Shown here: piece by piece, positions 1 to 7,180 of the stretch
How the letters are laid out: every line of letters begins with the position of its first letter
Numbering within the stretch: position 1 is the stretch's first letter
Source: a bacterium
GTDB taxonomy: Bacteria; Zhuqueibacterota; Zhuqueibacteria; Residuimicrobiales; Krinioviventaceae
Assembly: GCA_963693055.1 (NCBI GenBank)
Contig: OY843751.1
Coordinates: 512,001-576,000 of the forward strand
Length of the DNA: 64,000 nucleotides
Direction of reading: 5' to 3'
Position numbers and translations under genes: made by a program
The notes under the pieces: model-generated
Database searches by the model: none
Seen by the model: the letters and a program-made list of their open reading frames with translations, nothing else
Told to the model about the DNA's origin: nothing

Positions 1-474
1 CGACGACCGCAGATGGAGCGTAATTTAAATACAAATCAGTCACGCCCAGGTGAGACACGTGGTGGTGGTATGATGCAGGATGTTCCCTGGAATTTGATTA
101 CTCCACGTTTTGTAAACAATACAACCGGTCAGGAAAAAAGTTGGAGTGAAGAACCCTTTGTTGCTACGGCAGGTGCTCAGGATAAAACAGGTGTATGTTT
201 TGAATTCAAAATTCCGTCATCAAAGATATCCGAAAATGGAATTGATCTGGCTGCCAAAGAATTTTATGTAGGTTTGGAAATTTCCGGCGTTGTAATGAAA
301 TCCAAGGACAGACCCGAAGGTGGTCCTGGTGGTGGTATGGGCGGCCCCCTCAGAGGTGGTATGGGAGGCGGATCGGGTGGAGGTCCGGGGGTATCTCGAG
401 TCAGCGATATGTCCAAAGATACAAAAGAATGGTTCAAGCTGATCAATATCATTTTTCAATCAAAGGCTAATTAA
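1..474 (+). CDS. Hypothetical protein, C-terminal part, with Gly-rich (GGPGGGMGG) segment; 5'-truncated by window edge
   Basis: Frame is open from base 1 to TAA at 472-474; a hairpin follows at 494-524. Confidence 0.75.
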   Translation, partial: RRPQMERNLNTNQSRPGETRGGGMMQDVPWNLITPRFVNNTTGQEKSWSEEPFVATAGAQDKTGVCFEFKIPSSKISENGIDLAAKEFYVGLEISGVVMKSKDRPEGGPGGGMGGPLRGGMGGGSGGGPGVSRVSDMSKDTKEWFKLINIIFQSKAN

Positions 475-527
475 ATGATTGTTATTACCATTTATTTTAC
501 ATTTTTGTTGGGAAAATGTAAAATCTT

Positions 528-552
528 GGAACAATAAAGTTACTTATACGTT
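528..552 (+). promoter_or_regulatory. ECF sigma-type promoter of sRNA unit 1 (GGAAC-N16-CGTT)
   Basis: GGAAC 528-532 and CGTT 549-552; same spacing recurs in units 2 and 3. Confidence 0.7.
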
Positions 553-559
553 TAAGTTC

Positions 560-626
560 TTAACAACCTTTACCCAGGTTAATATTAGAAGGACAGTTGC
601 CCTACCCAGCGGCTGTCCTTTTTTTT
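560..626 (+). ncRNA. Putative sRNA unit 1: two hairpins with UACCC loops, the second an intrinsic terminator
   Basis: AACCT-TTACCC-AGGTT (565-580); AAGGACAGTTGC-CCTACCCA-GCGGCTGTCCTT (589-620) plus T-tract; paralogous to unit 2. Confidence 0.65.
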
Positions 627-734
627 AGTTAATGTTGGCTATTGTACAATTTTTTGATTCTATTTTTAGAAAAAAAGTTTTTATAAATTTTTTTTAATTT
701 AGTGGTTATTTTTTTAAATTTTGCGTATTTTTTC

Positions 735-759
735 TGAACTTTTTTGCATGTAATACGTT
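735..759 (+). promoter_or_regulatory. ECF sigma-type promoter of sRNA unit 2 (TGAAC-N16-CGTT)
   Basis: TGAAC 735-739 and CGTT 756-759; -10 context ATACGTT identical to unit 1. Confidence 0.7.
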
Positions 760-766
760 ATAAATA

Positions 767-838
767 AAACAACCCCTTTACCCGGGTTGATAGCAGAAGG
801 ACAGTCGCTCCTACCCAGTGGCTGTCCTTTATTTTTTT
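767..838 (+). ncRNA. Putative sRNA unit 2, paralog of unit 1
   Basis: CAACCC-CTTTACCC-GGGTTG (770-789); AAGGACAGTCGCT-CCTACCC-AGTGGCTGTCCTT (797-829) plus T-rich tail. Confidence 0.65.
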
Positions 839-853
839 AATTGTGAATTTAAT

Positions 854-878
854 TGAACTTTTTTTTATATGCATGGTT
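854..878 (+). promoter_or_regulatory. ECF sigma-type promoter of sRNA unit 3 (TGAAC-N16-GGTT)
   Basis: TGAAC 854-858 and GGTT 875-878. Confidence 0.55.
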
Positions 879-884
879 GAAATA

Positions 885-952
885 ATATACCCTCCATTAT
901 CCCTTTATAGTCAAGAGGGCGGTTGTTTTGGATAAACAACTGCCCTTTTTTT
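885..952 (+). ncRNA. Putative sRNA unit 3: C-rich 5' seed (TACCCTCCA) plus terminator
   Basis: TACCCTCCATTATCCC at 888-903; hairpin AGGGCGGTTGTTT-TGGAT-AAACAACTGCCCT (916-946) plus T-tract. Confidence 0.55.
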
Positions 953-1025
953 ATGGGATTAATTGAATAGAGTCACCTGTTTTATCATTTATTGTTTGGA
1001 AATAAATGATAAACTGGAGGGTAAT

Positions 1026-1568
1026 ATGAAAAGAATAATCATTGGTGTTGTATTGGCTTCGATTGCTTCCTTTGCATGGGGCGCGTTTTACTGGATGGGT
1101 CCGTTGAGTGCTAATGCGTTCAATATTCAACCAGATGATAACAAGCTCCGAACTGCTTTAAAAGATGCTTTGCCGGAAAACGGAACGTTTTTCGTCCCAA
1201 ATCCCAATATGGACCAGGCCCATCATGCAAAGCTGCATGAAGAAGGGCCCATTGCCATGATCCATTTTATTCGTGATGGTAAGCCGTCAAATATGGGTGC
1301 GTTTATGGGATTTGGGTTCTTGATAAATATGTCCCTGGCTGCGTTTCTTGCCGTATTGTTGAAACTCAGTGCTCCCCGGTTGTCTGGTTATGGTAAGCGG
1401 GTTGGTTTTGTAGCACTGATTGGTCTGGCAGCATCCGTTTTCACCCGGATTGGTGGTGGCGTTTGGTGGTATCACAATGCAGCATGGGTATCCGTTATGT
1501 TCTTTTATGATTTGACTATTTATATTATCATCGGGCTGGTTTTGGCTAAATTCGTTAGATCCGAATAA
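1026..1568 (+). CDS. Hypothetical membrane protein (about 4 TM helices)
   Basis: SD GGAGG before ATG 1026; hydrophobic segments; ORF-track start 963 is probably too long. Confidence 0.85.
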   Translation: MKRIIIGVVLASIASFAWGAFYWMGPLSANAFNIQPDDNKLRTALKDALPENGTFFVPNPNMDQAHHAKLHEEGPIAMIHFIRDGKPSNMGAFMGFGFLINMSLAAFLAVLLKLSAPRLSGYGKRVGFVALIGLAASVFTRIGGGVWWYHNAAWVSVMFFYDLTIYIIIGLVLAKFVRSE

Positions 1569-1635
1569 AAAGGACTTGATAAAATGCCCGGTATGTTCTA
1601 ATTTGTATTTTATTGAAAAGAAAGGAATTTAAATT

Positions 1636-2400
1636 ATGGGTTGGCTGGGCAAAGCCATTGGCGGATCTTTGGGGTTTATGGTAGGTGGACCTTTTGGTGC
1701 TATTTTCGGTGCAGTGTTGGGGCACCAGTTTGATAAAACACAGACCTATTCACCCTATGACGGGCAACAACAGCGCCAATCATTTACGGATCAGGAAAAA
1801 AGTCAGGCTGTCTTTTTTGTTTCCACATTTTCTCTGCTTGCCAAGCTTGCAAGAGCAGATGGCAAGGTAACGCGTGAAGAAATTAATGTTATTGATGATT
1901 ATATAAAAAACTATTTGAATTTTGACAATGACGCGCGTGACATGGCGGTCAAGATATTTAATGTTGCCAAAGATTCAAACGAAACGTTTGATGCCTTTGC
2001 ACAGCAGTTTTACGGATTGTTCCGTAATGACCGGCAAATGCTCTACAGTATGCTGGAACTGCTGGTACGTGTAGCCAAAGCAGATGGAAATATTCATTCC
2101 AGTGAAGAGCAGATGCTACAACGGGCCGCAATTATTTTCAATATTGGAACGGCAGAATATGAACGAATAAAGGGTATGCATGTTCAGGATAATAATAAAT
2201 ATTATGCAATTCTGGGTGCAACGCCAAATGACACAGACGATGAAATTAAAAAGAAATACCGGCAACTGGTGAAAGAATATCACCCCGATGCTGTTATTGC
2301 CAAGGGAATGCCTGAAGAATTTATAAAATTTGCGACCGAGAAATTCAAAGAAATTCAGGAAGCTTATGATAACGTTATGAAAGAACGCAAAGCTGCCTGA
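1636..2400 (+). CDS. djlA: Co-chaperone DjlA (TerB-like domain plus C-terminal J domain)
   Basis: MGWLGKAIGG...GHQFD N-terminal anchor; KLARADG; J-domain HPD motif (EYHPD). Confidence 0.92.
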   Translation: MGWLGKAIGGSLGFMVGGPFGAIFGAVLGHQFDKTQTYSPYDGQQQRQSFTDQEKSQAVFFVSTFSLLAKLARADGKVTREEINVIDDYIKNYLNFDNDARDMAVKIFNVAKDSNETFDAFAQQFYGLFRNDRQMLYSMLELLVRVAKADGNIHSSEEQMLQRAAIIFNIGTAEYERIKGMHVQDNNKYYAILGATPNDTDDEIKKKYRQLVKEYHPDAVIAKGMPEEFIKFATEKFKEIQEAYDNVMKERKAA

Positions 2401-2438
2401 TTGAACGTTGGACCTATTTAATACCATGGAGAGTGTCT

Positions 2439-3341
2439 ATGAAAATTTATGATAAAGATATTTCAAGACGCCAGTTTATCAAGGTAACGGCGGGTGCTGC
2501 CGGTGCTGCCAGTTTAAGCAATGTGGCGCACGCGGCAGATAAAAAGCAAAAACGATCAGCCACAGATAGAGTAACTTTGGGTAAATCCGGATTAGTGGTC
2601 AGCAGACTTGCCATGGGCACCGGTTCGCAAAACGGCAAGGTGCAACGGCAACTGGGACAGGATGGTTTTAATGCTCTGGTACAATATGCATATGATCAGG
2701 GAATAACATTCTTCGATACCGCGGAAAACTATCCCGGCATGCATGATATGCTGGGCATTGCATTAAAAGGCTTTGACCGTGATAAAATTCAGATTCAGAC
2801 CAAAATGCCGTGGTGGAAATCTCCCAATCCGCAAAAAGAACTGGACCGCTATCGTAAACAATTGAATTCCGATTATTTTGATACCCTGCTGATCCATTGT
2901 GTGACCACACCCGATTGGGACGATACCCAGAAATACATCATGGATTTTTTGATGGAAGCCAAAGAGAAACAGTTGGTAAAAGCACCAGGAGTCTCGATCC
3001 ATGGCAGACTACCGTTAAAGACCGCTACGCTGGACGATTGGGGCGATGTGCGTATGGTGCGCATTAATCATGTCGGAGCCAGTATGGATGTTGCGGCCCA
3101 GGGAGAACAACCGGATGTGAATGCAATTGTGGCAAATGTTAAAAAAATGCACGACAGCGGCAAGGGCATAATCGGTATGAAACTCATTGGTAACGGCAAG
3201 TTCAAAGATCCCCAGCTCCGCAAAGATGCCATGAAATTTGTAATGGGACTGGATTGCGTGGATGCGGTTTCAATCGGGTTCAAGAGTCCCGCAGAAATCG
3301 ATGAAGCTATTGGAAATATGAATACGTATTTGAATATCTAA
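2439..3341 (+). CDS. Aldo/keto reductase with Tat signal peptide
   Basis: SRRQFIK twin-arginine motif; LGKSGLVVSRLAMGT; FDTAENY; D-Y-K-H tetrad present. Confidence 0.9.
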   Translation: MKIYDKDISRRQFIKVTAGAAGAASLSNVAHAADKKQKRSATDRVTLGKSGLVVSRLAMGTGSQNGKVQRQLGQDGFNALVQYAYDQGITFFDTAENYPGMHDMLGIALKGFDRDKIQIQTKMPWWKSPNPQKELDRYRKQLNSDYFDTLLIHCVTTPDWDDTQKYIMDFLMEAKEKQLVKAPGVSIHGRLPLKTATLDDWGDVRMVRINHVGASMDVAAQGEQPDVNAIVANVKKMHDSGKGIIGMKLIGNGKFKDPQLRKDAMKFVMGLDCVDAVSIGFKSPAEIDEAIGNMNTYLNI

Positions 3342-3378
3342 GTTTTCAGTTGTTAGAAATCAGTAATCAGAAATAGAT

Positions 3379-3416
3379 AAATCCCTCCAAGTATTCGTGT
3401 TTGGGGGGATTTTTTT
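3379..3416 (+). terminator. Intrinsic terminator between convergent AKR genes
   Basis: AAATCCCTCCAAG / TTTGGGGGGATTT stem plus T-tract. Confidence 0.7.
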
Positions 3417-3442
3417 GTTTGAACCATTTTACTGCAATCTGC

Positions 3443-3469
3443 TCGTGACAGAGATCATCTCTGTCACGA
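3443..3469. repeat. Perfect 13-bp inverted repeat with 1-nt spacer
   Basis: TCGTGACAGAGAT-C-ATCTCTGTCACGA. Confidence 0.85.
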
Positions 3470-3518
3470 ATTCAAGTCTTTTTGTTTATAGAAATAATCC
3501 TAAAATTAGCTGGCTTGA

Positions 3519-4472
3519 TCAAGCGGTCCTGAACAGTGGTTCTACCTGTTTGGCAGCCTGGGCCAGCATGTCCATTTCTTTGTCTGAGAGTGGGGTAATG
3601 TTGGATGCTATATCCAGTGCCCGTGGAAAGAACAAGGGTTCACCGGGCGGGATGGCCGCGGTCACACCCTGTGCAAAGGTGAATCTCAGGGCAATATCTG
3701 CAAGCTGATCATCCTCAATGGAAATGGGATGGTACCAGCACTTGTCATACATTTTTTCATCACCTTCCTGAATCCTTCCGCCTGCCAAGCCTTTTAAGGC
3801 CAGAATTCCCATATTGCGTTCTTTGGCTTTAGCAACAGCCTTGTGGGCAAAATTGCCCTGCAGCCATGTGGCGTAATTGATGGGCATGAGAATGGTATCA
3901 AAATCATATTTTTCCATCGCCAACAGGGCCGCTTCTTCGCTGTGGGCCGAGAATCCCACATAACGGATTTTTCCATCTCGCTGGGCTTTGTGAAATACTT
4001 CCATAGCGCCATCAGGACCAAATACCTGCTCAACATCCTCAATCGAAGAGAGTGCGTGCAGCTGGTACAGATCAAAATGGTCGGTGCGCATGTTTTTCAG
4101 AGACTGGTCCAGTTCTTCCTGTGCGCCGGCTCTGTCTCTCTTGTTGGTTTTGCAGGCAAGAAAAGCGTTTTTACGAAAAGGCTCTAATGCGGGTCCCAGT
4201 TTTAATTCGGCATTGCCATAAGAGGGGGCAACATCAAAATAATTTATGCCGCGGTCCACAGCTTGTGCAACCGCGCTATTGGCATTGTTTTGCTCTTCGT
4301 CCATAACCAGTATGCCCCCAAAACCAATTGCAGAGAGCATTTCGCCGGTACGTCCAAGTTGTCGTTTGGGGATGCTTTTTGTCCCTGCATCACCGGTACA
4401 ACTCAACAAAGTAGCCAAAGAAATAGCAGCGCTTCCGGTTAAACCCGATTTTATAAAGTCTCTTCTCTCCAT
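3519..4472 (-). CDS. Aldo/keto reductase, probable Tat lipoprotein
   Basis: MERRDFIK; LLSC lipobox; FDVAPSYG; DLYQLH; GKIRYVGFSAH. Confidence 0.9.
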   Translation of the reverse strand: MERRDFIKSGLTGSAAISLATLLSCTGDAGTKSIPKRQLGRTGEMLSAIGFGGILVMDEEQNNANSAVAQAVDRGINYFDVAPSYGNAELKLGPALEPFRKNAFLACKTNKRDRAGAQEELDQSLKNMRTDHFDLYQLHALSSIEDVEQVFGPDGAMEVFHKAQRDGKIRYVGFSAHSEEAALLAMEKYDFDTILMPINYATWLQGNFAHKAVAKAKERNMGILALKGLAGGRIQEGDEKMYDKCWYHPISIEDDQLADIALRFTFAQGVTAAIPPGEPLFFPRALDIASNITPLSDKEMDMLAQAAKQVEPLFRTA

Positions 4473-4509
4473 AAAAACTCCTTACAGATGCTATTTTTTT
4501 ATTTCAGGA

Positions 4510-4535
4510 TGAAACAAGCGCTGAAATATTACGTT
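4510..4535 (+). promoter_or_regulatory. ECF (SigW-like) promoter TGAAAC-N16-CGTT upstream of the PP2C phosphatase gene
   Basis: TGAAAC 4510-4515 and CGTT 4532-4535. Confidence 0.55.
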
Positions 4536-4598
4536 TGCATTTATAACAGGTTCATTATATATTAACATTGAAAGATATGTAATTATTGCGGAATTGCA

Positions 4599-5687
4599 AT
4601 GAAAATAGTTGATGGATTTAAGACTCTCAAGCGGTATTTTGATATCCTGACTACGGATATAAGCCTTCGTGATATGGAGTACATGATCAAGCGGGAAGGC
4701 CCAAGTGTATTTCAATTCTACAACCAGGGAAATGCGAGTCCTGATAAAAAACGAAACCGTTTTTTTCAAACACTGAGTTTAATTAAAAATCTTTTTTTGG
4801 GATTTATTTTGAAAATGAATCCTACTAACAGATGGATTTATATACCCGCTGTCTATTTGGTTATTACAGGCTTGTTGGAAAATCATGACCTTACTGTATT
4901 AGCCGGGTTTGTTTTACTAAACCTTTTGCTTGCGTTTGAAATGGCGGGCAAGATCATGGCCAAAGATGAGCTCGAGATCGCCCGGGACATTCAGATGCAA
5001 CTCCTTCCGGAAGCTCCTCCGAATTTAAAACAATATGATATCTCTTTTTTCTCCGAAGCTGCCCGTGAAGTAGGTGGAGATTTTTTAGATTTTATCCAAA
5101 ACGGGGAAAAACTGACAACGGTCATTGGTGATATATCCGGCAAGGGGATGCGTGCTGCTATTCATATGGTACAGGTGCATACAATCATCAATAGTCTTAA
5201 ATCAACAACAGGTACACACGAGTTTTTGTCGCAATTGAACGACCGGTTAGAGGGTGTGCTGCCCAAATCGGTTTTTGTGACCACCAGCTTTTTGTGCATG
5301 AATGGCAATGATTCTGTGGATTTTTACCGCTCGGGCCATTTGCCCATGTTTAAATATGATGTAAAAACGCAAAATTGTGAATCAATTGTACCACCGGGAT
5401 TAGGAATAGGGCTTGCAAGTACAGAAATATATGAAAAATCTCTGGTATGTGAGAAATTGAATATCAATACAGGTGATGTTTTTCTGTTATTTACTGACGG
5501 ACTGGTAGAAACTATGGATAGTGAACAACATGAATATGGTGAAGACCGATTGATGCAGGTTATGTGTGAACATGCAACCCTTTCGAGTAAAGAAATTCAA
5601 GATGCCATTTTAAAAAGTGTTGCCTTGTTCCGTGGTAAGCAAGCACCCCACGATGATCTTACCCTGGTCATTATTAAATGTATCTAA
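4599..5687 (+). CDS. Membrane-bound PP2C/SpoIIE (RsbU-like) Ser/Thr phosphatase
   Basis: ELEIARDIQ; EVGGDF; IGDISGKG; LFTDGLVE; HDDLTL motifs. Confidence 0.92.
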   Translation: MKIVDGFKTLKRYFDILTTDISLRDMEYMIKREGPSVFQFYNQGNASPDKKRNRFFQTLSLIKNLFLGFILKMNPTNRWIYIPAVYLVITGLLENHDLTVLAGFVLLNLLLAFEMAGKIMAKDELEIARDIQMQLLPEAPPNLKQYDISFFSEAAREVGGDFLDFIQNGEKLTTVIGDISGKGMRAAIHMVQVHTIINSLKSTTGTHEFLSQLNDRLEGVLPKSVFVTTSFLCMNGNDSVDFYRSGHLPMFKYDVKTQNCESIVPPGLGIGLASTEIYEKSLVCEKLNINTGDVFLLFTDGLVETMDSEQHEYGEDRLMQVMCEHATLSSKEIQDAILKSVALFRGKQAPHDDLTLVIIKCI

Positions 5688-5704
5688 ATCGTGTTTCTAA
5701 TCAT

Positions 5705-5749
5705 TGAGAATAATTCTCACTTTACACTTTTATTAAATCCATATAAATT
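5705..5749 (+). promoter_or_regulatory. Fur-type 7-1-7 operator next to a candidate sigma70 promoter
   Basis: TGAGAAT-A-ATTCTCA (5705-5719); TTTACA (5721-5726)-N17-TAAATT (5744-5749). Confidence 0.55.
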
Positions 5750-5759
5750 TTTCATTCAG

Positions 5760-6174
5760 ATTGCATACCTGATGTCACACGGACAAGCCAAGGTAAGTTC
5801 ATATCTACAACTAGCTGGCCCTATCAGGGGTTTATTGATAACCATTAAATTTAAAATATGAGCAATGTTAATCGATATATCTTTTATCCCATTGTACAAG
5901 ACCTTGTATTAACAAAAAAGCTGCAATATTTTGGAGTGCAGCGCCTTTATGCGCTGCGTCGGGCCGGAGGTCCGAGATTAAGCCGATCGGTATATTAAAT
6001 ATTATGAAATCATAAAGTATAGTAAATTCATTATTCTTGTCAAAAAGCCAATAAATCAAGATTGTCTTTTACTGTCCGCATTGCATAAAAGCAATATTTT
6101 TTACCATCCTCACATTTTCTGTCTTGTACAAAATATTTGTAGGAAAAGCATTTGCCTGCCGTCAGGTATGCAAT
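5760..6174 (+). ncRNA. Candidate large structured RNA with paired 5' and 3' ends (a MITE-like element is the alternative)
   Basis: ATTGCATACCTGA (5760-5772) / TCAGGTATGCAAT (6162-6174); nested TTGTACAAGAC (5892-5902) / GTCTTGTACAA (6121-6131); internal GC-rich hairpins; G-U pairs favour the + strand. Confidence 0.5.
6016..6043 (-). promoter_or_regulatory. Near-consensus antisense sigma70 promoter inside the structured element
   Basis: TTGACA-N16-TATACT on the minus strand. Confidence 0.5.
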
Positions 6175-6231
6175 GTTGTTGTGATTGGATTGATAAAGAA
6201 AAACGGTGGTATTTTTTATAAATGAAAAATC

Positions 6232-6268
6232 AAAAAAAAAGCCCTGATGTTTAGTCAGGGCTTTTTTT
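6232..6268. terminator. Bidirectional intrinsic terminator
   Basis: A-tract, GCCCTGA-TGTTTAG-TCAGGGC, T-tract. Confidence 0.85.
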
Positions 6269-6283
6269 GAATATCTTGGAACC

Positions 6284-7165
6284 TCAGGGTTTTTCTATTT
6301 GAAGTTCAAAGTTTGTTCCACACAATGATCCAAACAAGCCGATACCTCCCACAATACCGCCTTCCAACTCGGGATGTTCTCTGTAATTGTAATGCTGCAA
6401 GTTTTCATCAATAGCCGCAATCTGCATGGTGTTTGATCCAAAGAATACGATCATTGCATTATACCAAGATATAACGGGCTTGTTGTCATAATCTGATGAC
6501 TCGAGGTCCTTTAACTTCATAGATGCCCAGATACGGCGGGGCTCACTGTTTTTGCCGCCATCGTATTCTTCCTGATCATCAGGGAAATTATGGCTGTCAC
6601 TGAAAGGATAGATATATTCTGCGTTTTCATAGGTTTCGTTGCAAAACATTTCAATAAAAATGATCTGTTCCGGATCTTTATGTTCCAGATAAACCGGTTT
6701 ACGTAAACCTAATTCTGTTTGATATTCTGTGTTTACCTCGGTAGTGCTCAAATCTGTTTCCATTTTTAATAAAGCCGGTACTGTTGTAACAGAGCTTACT
6801 TGTTGATCACCGGTGTTTATATTCAGCGCATAGGTTTTTTCCGGTTCAATCATCAAGTCATCATTGTAATAATAACCGGGTTGAGTTGCAGATTCAACAA
6901 GCACTGTGGTTTTTCCACTGCCGGTTTCGGTTATGGTTACATCTGCATTGCGTATAGCCGCTTCTGATTTGTCATAATAATCATAAACCGGCTGCGAGTA
7001 AAAGACTGTAATTGCATGCTCTTCAGAAAGAGGCTCATTTCCATATAAATAACCATATACTACAATTTCTTTATCATATTCCGGATCTGCGGGGTTTTTG
7101 TCGCATCCCATAAACACAATGGATATTGAAAATACTATTATTATTAATTTATATATATTTTTCAT
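6284..7165 (-). CDS. Lipoprotein partner of the TonB-dependent receptor (DUF4249-like)
   Basis: FMGC lipobox; C-terminal GGIVGGIGLFGS motif; directly downstream of the TBDT. Confidence 0.8.
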   Translation of the reverse strand: MKNIYKLIIIVFSISIVFMGCDKNPADPEYDKEIVVYGYLYGNEPLSEEHAITVFYSQPVYDYYDKSEAAIRNADVTITETGSGKTTVLVESATQPGYYYNDDLMIEPEKTYALNINTGDQQVSSVTTVPALLKMETDLSTTEVNTEYQTELGLRKPVYLEHKDPEQIIFIEMFCNETYENAEYIYPFSDSHNFPDDQEEYDGGKNSEPRRIWASMKLKDLESSDYDNKPVISWYNAMIVFFGSNTMQIAAIDENLQHYNYREHPELEGGIVGGIGLFGSLCGTNFELQIEKP

Positions 7166-7180
7166 GTCTGATATCCTCTC

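Noticed and set aside
220-459. Pro-rich and Thr-rich minus-strand ORFs
   Set aside because: Shadows of Gly codons in the + strand gene.
560-952. Repeats as a CRISPR mini-array or type III antitoxin array
   Set aside because: Only two similar units, separated by ~140 nt of AT-rich promoter sequence; each has its own terminator; no cas or ToxN-like gene is nearby.
5868-6059. 63-aa minus-strand ORF
   Set aside because: TTG start without SD, and it spans the antisense promoter; probably a chance frame.
5760-6174. RNase P RNA, tmRNA or retron msr-msd
   Set aside because: No GAGGAAAGUCC motif, no tRNA-like GGGG...CCA ends or tag frame, and no reverse transcriptase in the window.
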